Of a stretch of DNA of 32,948 nucleotides, positions 25,013-32,948 are shown one piece after another (within the stretch, counting starts at the first letter, position 1; each line of letters begins with the position of its first letter). The notes beneath the pieces are model-generated. The model was not told the DNA's origin. It worked only from the letters and a program-made list of their open reading frames with translations, and did no database searches. This DNA comes from Catajapyx aquilonaris. Its lineage: Eukaryota. The stretch covers positions 1-32,948 of the forward strand of contig JYFJ02004340.1 of assembly GCA_000934665.2 (NCBI GenBank), read 5' to 3'. A program made the translations under genes and the position numbers.

Positions 25013-25712
25013 TACTGCAGTTTGCAGCATTGGAGTCAAAATTCGTGTCCGGAAAATTATGCCGTTTAATAGAAGATGGTACAATGAACCTTTTAAATAG
25101 TGCTAATGATCTCTGTAACGATGCTTCTAAGAACAAATGCCACCTTTCCATTTAGTGATCCTCTGCTTTCCAAGAAGTTTGTCTCAATCATTATGATTAT
25201 GAAACACTATGCAGTCCAAATGCACTGCATCTCAAAAATATACATGATGATCCAAAATACCTGTAGTTGTACGAATTTTATTGTGTTCGGTAATAACGTC
25301 AGAAGAAACAAACTAAACATCAGCATAGCATAGTGAGCTGACTAAACGAAAGGGTCTTACATTATCTCGAATTTTCTTCGTCACGGGATGGGCAATTTGT
25401 TCGCGTTGATTGCGTCAAGACTCTGTGAGAAACTCGTGTAGGAAAACATTACAGGAAGCGTTACGGAAGTCTAATGGATCCCTTACAAGATGATGATCAT
25501 TAAGCAGCGATGCTTTACTTTCTACACAGCATGCCACTTGAGTGGATGGGGAATACGACACATTTGACAAAATTACGACTTTCCAAATTGTCAAGCTGAC
25601 ACCGGTTGTCTTGGCGATCCAAAATGCCATTACGCTTCAAAAAAAAATATCAATACTTTGTACATATACTGATCATTGTCGGACCTTTAAAAATAGAAAA
25701 AAATTTACTTAC

Positions 25713-25782
25713 CTTCCCAAACTCGGTGAGCCCTCCATGTTCGGAATGATAACCCGGATTGTCTGCCGTAGCGGAATCCGCC
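25713..25782 (-). CDS. DPEP1: Preceding internal coding exon (70 nt, phase 2/0) of the same membrane dipeptidase
   Basis: Absent from the ORF track. The minus strand reads ctaattcattttattggcAG|G GCG GAT TCC GCT ACG GCA GAC AAT CCG GGT TAT CAT TCC GAA CAT GGA GGG CTC ACC GAG TTT GGG AAG|GTaagt, i.e. (W)ADSATADNPGYHSEHGGLTEFGK. This is the (PW)AD...GLTxFG segment that directly precedes VVKEMNRLG in M19 enzymes, and it splices in frame to 12331. Confidence 0.93.
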
Positions 25783-28700
25783 CTGCCAATAAAATGAATT
25801 AGAAACCTTTTACACTCGCGTTTAGAGCGCAGGTATTAATTTCACCCTGAGCCCCCTCATGTAGCTGTGGTTATGGGAACTAATTACACTATTTCAGCTT
25901 TCCCCGACAGCATTTTTTTTGAGAGCGAAACATTCCACTGAGCTGTGGTACTTTAGAAAATTAGTCGCAGAAGACCGCTGTTTTATTGCATATGACTTGG
26001 AATTGTTAATGAATATCACCGTGCTTGTGAGCTTTAACTTACTGGATGGGCGATTATAACTATTAAAATAGTATTAATTGCATAGGCTTGAATTATACAG
26101 AATCGTCCAATTGAATTGATTCATTAAGTTACACTTGGCACTAAGCTTCTTTTTTGTTAAGTACTTTCGAGCAGTCATTTTTAAGAGAAGCAATATATTG
26201 CTTCTAATATTAGTGTTACAGTACATTGTAATATGATTATCATCTTATGCTATTGTGCAAGGTCATCCAACTGAAATATCCGTCGTATTGACAATTTTTT
26301 ACACTAAGCTGCTACACTCAGCTTCTTGTCAACAGTTACTCTCAGAGGATGGGTCACGCAACCTGATATTAGCACTGATCTGATACTTTCGATAACTACC
26401 AAAAGTAACAATTGAACAGCAACTGCTTTAAAAGAAGCAGCTTAATGCCAAAATCGCTAACAACTATACGGCCATTTCAGTTGTAACACTTTGTGTATAA
26501 TAATAGGCTTACAATTCCGGAAGCCTGAAACTTTGTCGATTTCTGCAGAGGCATTTGAAAAAATGGGTGCAGCCTTGGAGAACCACACGTTGCCACATTC
26601 TAACAAATACTCGGCGTAGTACCCGTACAAGGGTACTACTTATATTCAACCTAATAATAATGTAGGATAAGACATAATAATTAATGCATTACGGGTTTTA
26701 TTTTTGCTACCACATAATACTACAAAATAACTACTCAACGAAACCTCGTCTTATATGCCATAATTTCAATTTTCAAAGTAAAAGTGATTCAGAAACATCT
26801 CATAAAACTGCAGTATGAAAATATGATTATTAATTTGAGGGCGGCAATATTGGATCTGCATAACATGTACCGTGGGGCTTCACATGCAATACAATCCAGG
26901 GATTTATTTTTGATTGTCACATACTGTACCAAAATGATATAATCGTTAGGATTTACAAAGCGTCAAATTGCTTTGATCTTATGACATAACCAATGGCATG
27001 TAAAAAAAATCTGGCCGAGGCTAAATTATGTAATTTAATTTACTGTGTACAGTTTGGGCTTATTTAACATTCAATATTGTCACACCCCATTGTAATTCAA
27101 AAACTTATTACTGTCATAGTTTGAAATGTGTGCATACATAGGCAGCAGGCCAGCAGCACACCTACCCTATAGTCGCAAACAAATATTATTTTCAGGGAGA
27201 AATACGCCCTAGCTGCTTTGAATACGGGACCCGTTATTGTACGTTTACGGGAAGCCTCTATCCCATTTACGTAAACGCTCTTTATTTTTCTCAAGCTTTT
27301 AGACGTCCGCTGCGGGAAATTATTCCATATTGTAACCCTCATGTAGTATGTAACAAAATCGCCATTCTCCGAGAGAAATTCCGTACTCCCAGAAAATGTG
27401 CGGTATACGATTAAATTTTTTTCCCCACCTTGACCAAATCCTGCCATAAGAGTCCTGCACCTAAAAATGGCGGTTAAGCAACAATAACTCTACTCGATAT
27501 AACACATATTATTTAGCAACTCATGTTAATTCACATTATGTTCGAGTGTATCCAACCCTGTGATTCACCATGAAACCTTGCAACTCGCTTTAAACGCACG
27601 AATTATCCTACTACGCACTGCCCCGGTTCATAATATTATTATTATGGATCATTGTGTAGAGTACCATTGCACCGCTTTGATAATAGTACAAACAAAATGA
27701 CAGTGCACGCAAAGTGGAATCCATGTTTATAATTATATTAAAGCGCATTATATGCATTCATCCTCTTCCTGCTGGGTATGTTATTATATCTTCGGATGAC
27801 TGACGTAACACCTAGTAAATATTTGTTCAGTCGTGTAACCAGTATGCTGCATATAACCACTTGTATCATAACCGGCGATGCACGGAACGGTTATTAATTT
27901 TAGGCCTATTTGGACACAAGTAGCCCTTGAAAACCCACCACCACATAGGTTATATTCGATGGCGAGTCTGCCTGCAAAATATTGCTGTTAGCCTCAAATT
28001 GGGCCGTGATAAGTGAGTCATAAATGGACTTGAATATTGCGCAGAAACATTCCAGAGCGCATATTTTAGTGCTAGGAGTGCAATTTTGTTTAATCAACGT
28101 TTCCCCCCTCCCCCCCTCGCCATGCTATATTTTTTTTCACAAGTTTGCATGTCGAAAAGCAGACTCGGATATCACCCCCCGAAAAGTTGACTAGGTTATA
28201 ACGAGGCTTCATTTTAGCTATTGAATTCGACGTATAACTTTTTGACAAGAGCGAGACTGAATCAGCAGCAACGAGTGATATTTTTTTTTTTCTGCTCCAC
28301 TTCCCGTTTTTTTATTATTATTTCTGAAGGCTACCCCCCCTCTCCCCTCCTCCGTTTTTTTTTTAAAGCACAGAAAACGAAATTTTTGCATGGAATTTCA
28401 TATCGGATGACGCGGAGAAAAATGAATAGGAAGCGTGGGGCGTTGCGGGCGGCCTCAGGGCTTAGCGGAAGCAGAAAACGCTAATGAGTACGACATAATG
28501 AAATCTTTATAAGCTAATAAATGATGCGTGGTCATTTTGAGCGAGTTAGAGGCATGTTTTCCTCTCGCCTCCACGGTTGGGACAAGGAATCAAGGCATTC
28601 ATTTTCCTCGCGTTGCCATTTTTTTCACCGAGAGATGGCGCAGAGCGTGTGGGGGGTGGGGGGTACCCAGGGGGGGGGGGACAAAAGGGCGAAAGGCTTA

Positions 28701-29523
28701 CAATGGCTTCACAGAGAAGTCTGGAACACGGTATTAATTAAAACTGCCTCATGTGGGTGGGAAAAAATATATATGGAGGGATTATAGCCGTTTCAGCTTG
28801 TTATATACCAATTACCCTACTCAGACGTAATTGACACTCATTTTTGGGCCTTCTCTCCGACAGGGATAAAGCAAATAAAATATTTGTCCCAGATTACTGC
28901 AGGCATGAATAATAGGGCGTAATATAGGGGGGTTGATAAATCGCAATGAAAGGGCATTAGGAACGAGGTGCCTAATACCATCATGCTAATTGAAATTTAT
29001 ATTTGATTAAGGCGTCGAGAAATGCGGACTCGTAGTTTGTTTGCATGCGGCATATGAATGGTATACGGTACATAGGGTGCGAATGAGTGTGGCTTTTGCC
29101 TGGAAAAGGTCACCGCTAATGAAAGGTTTTTAAAAAGAGAGTGTTAAAAATAGGAAATTAACGCTTTGACATAAAGTGAGGGAGGGAAATTGCAGTTTTA
29201 TTAAGGCACAAAAATTGCACATAACTCCTAGGTACCAGATGGCTTATTATTTTAGTCATAGTTAGCCAAGAAAGAACATTACTTTGAACTGTAATATCAT
29301 GAAAAATACTTTTTCTAAGTGATTTACGTATTATCTGCAAAACTGAAACACGATGAGGAATAAAACTGCAATCTACGAATGAGAAGTAACTTCATTCACT
29401 TGCCAGTATTGTAAGAGTGAGTAGAAGTACGTTTGCGAGATACATATTACATGCTCATGAATATAACTTTGAAATAATTACTGCCAATACAGATGAAAGA
29501 ATTCGTTATGCAGGAAGGGTGAG

Positions 29524-29537
29524 AAAAAAGGACAAAA
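29524..29537 (-). terminator. Pol III oligo-T terminator of tRNA-Leu(CAG)
   Basis: Minus-strand TTTT (29537-29534) followed by T6 (29529-29524), downstream of the tRNA. Confidence 0.75.
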
Positions 29538-29545
29538 GTGAAGTC

Positions 29546-29628
29546 TGATGGTGGCGGGATTCGAACCCGCGCCTCCGGAGGAGACTGGTACCTGAAACCA
29601 GCGCCTTAGACCACTCGGCCACACCACC
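29546..29628 (-). tRNA. trnL-CAG: tRNA-Leu (anticodon CAG)
   Basis: Minus strand GGTGGTGTGGCCGAGTGGTCTAAGGCGCTGGTTTCAGGTACCAGTCTCCTCCGGAGGCGCGGGTTCGAATCCCGCCACCATCA. It has an A box, B box GGTTCGAATCC, anticodon stem CTGGT/ACCAG, long variable arm, discriminator A and one G-U pair in the acceptor stem. T4 and T6 tracts follow downstream. Confidence 0.92.
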
Positions 29629-30203
29629 TTTCCGAGTACTAGAGACTTGATTGTCTTTTATCAAGAGTTCGCAGTGAGCGATATTATGCAACTTGTGTGC
29701 CTCCTCCACGCTCCTCCACCACCTCACTGCGCCTGCTTCAAAGCTAAGAGGGGAAAAACAAGTGTCCTGTTACACGAGCTACAGGTCATGGCGCCTTATC
29801 TCTCTACATTAAATGATATTGTGCATAAACAAGAGGGTAGTACGTACGTGTCACTTCGAAGCTCCAAATATTGTTTGCGTAAATGAATTATTAACCCATC
29901 GTAAAGAAACCAACAAAAATCCTATATATGGCAGGAATGCTATGGACACTAAAGTTTTTGGAGCATGATGTTTTTGAAAATATCCGTTACAACAAATTCA
30001 CAATAGCCTACGTTTACCCCTGTATCTCACTGAGTAGAGAGATAAGGCGCTTTGACTTGTAATTGAGTCACAGTACAGTTTTTCCTCGAGCTTTGAAGCA
30101 GACGCAATCAGGAAACTTCGCCTGCACTGAACAGACAAGTAACATAATTCCTGTCACCGCGAAGTCTAAGATAAAGCTCAATAAAGTCTCCAGTGCTTGG
30201 GAA

Positions 30204-30285
30204 GGTGGTGTGGCCGAGTGGTCTAAGGCGCTGGTTTTAGGTACCAGTCTCCCAGGAGTCGCGGGTTCGAATCCCGTCACCACCA
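30204..30285 (+). tRNA. trnL-TAG: tRNA-Leu (anticodon TAG)
   Basis: GGTGGTGTGGCCGAGTGGTCTAAGGCGCTGGTTTTAGGTACCAGTCTCCCAGGAGTCGCGGGTTCGAATCCCGTCACCACCA. Perfect acceptor stem GGTGGTG/CACCACC, anticodon TAG at 30238-30240, variable arm, A and B boxes. Confidence 0.94.
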
Positions 30286-30293
30286 AAATGCAC

Positions 30294-30301
30294 TTTTTTT
30301 T
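30294..30301 (+). terminator. Pol III oligo-T terminator of tRNA-Leu(TAG)
   Basis: T8 run beginning 9 nt after the tRNA 3' end. Confidence 0.8.
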
Positions 30302-32948
30302 CTCACTCTTTCTTCATCACGAGTTTTTCACCTGTATTGGTAATTATTTATAGAATTCTCAACTGAAGTTATTTTTTAACAGAGTTGTTTATGATCGTGT
30401 AGGTATCACACGAACTTAATCCTAAGATATGCAAATTATACCATTTTAGTGTTAACAGTTAGCTTACGCGAAAGACAATTACTTGAAAATCCCTATAATC
30501 GAGTCGTGGTGTGTTTTATTAAAGAAATACAAGATATGCCCAGTTGAATGATTGACTTTGACATCTCAGCTTTCATTTTAAAAAGGATTCGTTGGTATAT
30601 TAAGTTTGTTTATATGTATCTAATCCGGTTGGAAGGATTGAAATAGATCGCAGGAATCGAATAGACGAGGAATGATATTCTGTAATCAACATCATTAGAA
30701 GTAGCATTAGTCAGATTTTGTAAAATGATTTTAAATTGAGTTCTCTCTCTCCTTGCACAATATACTGGGAGTACAGTCTGCGTCTCACCCAAAAACCGAA
30801 TAGCAGGTTCGACTTGGACAGCAACAATATCGACTTATGATCCTGAAATAACAGGAAATCAGATCGTCTCTCCTGAATCAGTGATTCGTCCTATAAAGAA
30901 CCCAAACAAAAAAAAAGTCTCCAGCAGTCGCTCTTCACTTATATACAGCGTATAAATTTTTCTCCTTTCTCTCCCTCCGACAAGTGTTGTCAGGCGGCTA
31001 GAACGCACACATTGTGACTGGAAATCGGATCTAGTTGCAGCTGCACGTCTACGACCAAAAAATCTACTGTAGCCCCTCTACCATACCCCCTCCATCTCTC
31101 TGCTCCATCGATTTTCCCCGCCTGTTATGCAATAGTCACTGGGATAATGCCCTCCGGTCACGTTGCTCTTGTCTCTGGCAATGTGGCAGCTTTCATTTTT
31201 GGACCCACCAAAAAACTGTTACATCTCCCCCCAAAAAATGTACATATACCAGTAGTAGTGTCTATAATCTTAAGCCATATTTTTCTAAGCAAAAGAAAAG
31301 CAACGAGAGAATGAGTTATAATATTTTGAACACAATGGCAGCTGCCAATACCGCGTGTTACCCGCCCTGAAAATAAACACACGGACCTCCAAATAAAGCG
31401 TCGATGCTTTGAATAGCTTTGGTGAAGTGTGAGCCGCAAAGTGCACGTTTTGTCTACAAGTCTGGTGACGATGGCAGCCACCTTTTGTGAAGGAAAAGTT
31501 TGTAGCCAACAGTGGAATGTTCCACCCGTCCGGAAATGGCCTTTTGTCGACCTTTTTCCCACCGTCGACCCCATTCTCCACCCTGCAGTTAAGCGGTACA
31601 GTACATAGGACAGACACATGACGCCTGTCCACCCAAGGAAAGAAAACGGGTAGGAAAAAAAAGTCAGGCCTGCTGCAGTGAAGATCTAGCATAAAACCTC
31701 TATCATTTCGAATATTCACCTCCACGTAGACTATGAGCAGCAAAGAATAATTTAAATTGTCATTAAATTGTTATCATTTTTGGAATGTTTCAAGTGCTGG
31801 TTTGGCGGCGTGAATGACCTTTCAGTGTCAAGCAGAAATATTGGCACGACCCTGCGCTTAATTAGGCGTGGATGACATTTATTGATTAATAATGGAGCCA
31901 GTAAAAGTAGTGATGTTAGAACCTATTGATACTCTTAACGTGTTTGTGGACCATCTCAATGAAAGCAGAGTCGCATAATATTTTGTTTATGGACCTACAG
32001 TATGACAGGAGTAATAATTGTTGTTTTTTCTGGTGTTTTGTTTTTGTTCTCGCCCTCGACATGATATGGATTTTAGACCTAGTTATAGTCCTGAGTGGAG
32101 GGGGGACTAGCATTAGAAAAATAATGTGCCGGTTTATTGACCAGCCTGCCCTTACGCTATCTGCCCCACTCTACTATGCCTATACCGAATATCCCGTCGA
32201 ATGTTGTCCGCCACAATGCACTGGCGCTTGAGTCAAGGGGGTGGATTCACCAGGTATTTCTATCAGTTGTACTATCTTGCATTGTCTACAGAATTGTTCA
32301 GAATGTACTCTATACAATATATCAAGTTGAAATGTAGGGAAATAAACCTTGACCTTTCTGATGATCATACAGCGCCAGGGTACGTTTGGTCGAAACATTT
32401 TTTGACATCTTAACAGGCACATTTTCTTCAAGAGATGTACAGGGTATGTATCAAAATACTTCTTCAGAGTGATCATAAATATTCTGCACAAGACTTACAT
32501 CGCACCATGTTTCAAATTACCTTTCTTATCCGACCTTACTCCCTGCAAGATAGATGGGCAGTGCAGCAATGTTTTATTACGCCGTCTCGAACGAACGCAT
32601 TCCTAGCCATTTTGCTCGACGAAGCGAAATCAAGCTTGCCATTCCTGATGCCACAGTTTTTTTTAAAGGTTACTGGTATCGCGTTGCGCAAACAAAGAGA
32701 ATGACCAGGCTCGTGAGGGTAAAGTTGCACTCTTGGACTACATTAAATGTAGTCGACGCGACGTGTGGATCTGAACTAATACATGGGATAATGGCCTTAA
32801 TAGATTTGGTTACACATCAATGTTGAAACATAGTATACCGGTATTCTACTATAGTTATTGATTTACTTATTTATTTGACTTCAGTCTCTTGCACCTCTAA
32901 CTGCCCCATTTGTCGGGATTTTTTTTTCTTTTTTCTTTTTGGGGGGGG

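Larger units (their letters stand above)
12332..25712 (-). other. 13,381-nt GT-AG phase-0 intron of the dipeptidase gene, hosting the NAD kinase gene
   Basis: Bounded by GTAAGT and tttcAG on the minus strand. The flanking exons join to give the contiguous family motif [18 protein letters not shown]. Confidence 0.9.
29472..30349. repeat. Diverged inverted duplication (arms about 29472-29807 and 30034-30349), one tRNA-Leu per arm
   Basis: The flanks align as reverse complements: gtagagagataaggcgc, agctttgaagcagRcgca and aagtctcYagtRct on the 5' side; ttttttctcac and ctgtattgg...taattattt on the 3' side. Confidence 0.88.

Noticed and set aside
26616..26639. gtagtaccc/gggtactac hairpin as a Helitron 3' end
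   Set aside because: No CTRR terminus at the expected distance.
29506..30353. ORFs containing GGVAEWSKALV
   Set aside because: Translations of the tRNA-Leu genes.
31035..31743. Overlapping 111-153 aa ORFs
   Set aside because: No recognisable domain, and no match to the expected upstream dipeptidase exon.
32358..32396. CTGATGA...CGAAAC hammerhead-like core
   Set aside because: Stem II pairs only by using core bases and stems I/III are not evident; at most a degenerate relic.
1..32948. Prokaryotic systems (CRISPR array, operons, defence islands)
   Set aside because: Spliceosomal introns, Pol III tRNA genes without encoded CCA tails and very low coding density indicate eukaryotic DNA; no regularly spaced direct repeats were seen.

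Overview
Eukaryotic, AT-rich, repeat-laden animal DNA (arthropod-like, inferred from protein similarity and repeat style). The whole window appears to lie inside a long-intron membrane dipeptidase gene (peptidase M19, DPEP1-like) on the minus strand. Only two consecutive coding exons of it are visible: 25713-25782 and 12155-12331. The 13.4-kb intron between them contains a complete, uninterrupted, divergent NAD kinase ORF on the opposite strand (20978-22129), probably a nested retrogene. Upstream of the 70-nt exon is an inverted duplication carrying two divergently oriented tRNA-Leu genes with near-identical bodies but different anticodons (CAG and TAG). The rest is intronic: several MITEs (one nested in another), a decayed Tc1/mariner-like element, microsatellites, and long perfect or near-perfect palindromes, two of them in abutting pairs. 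Almost all other ORFs in the supplied track look spurious.
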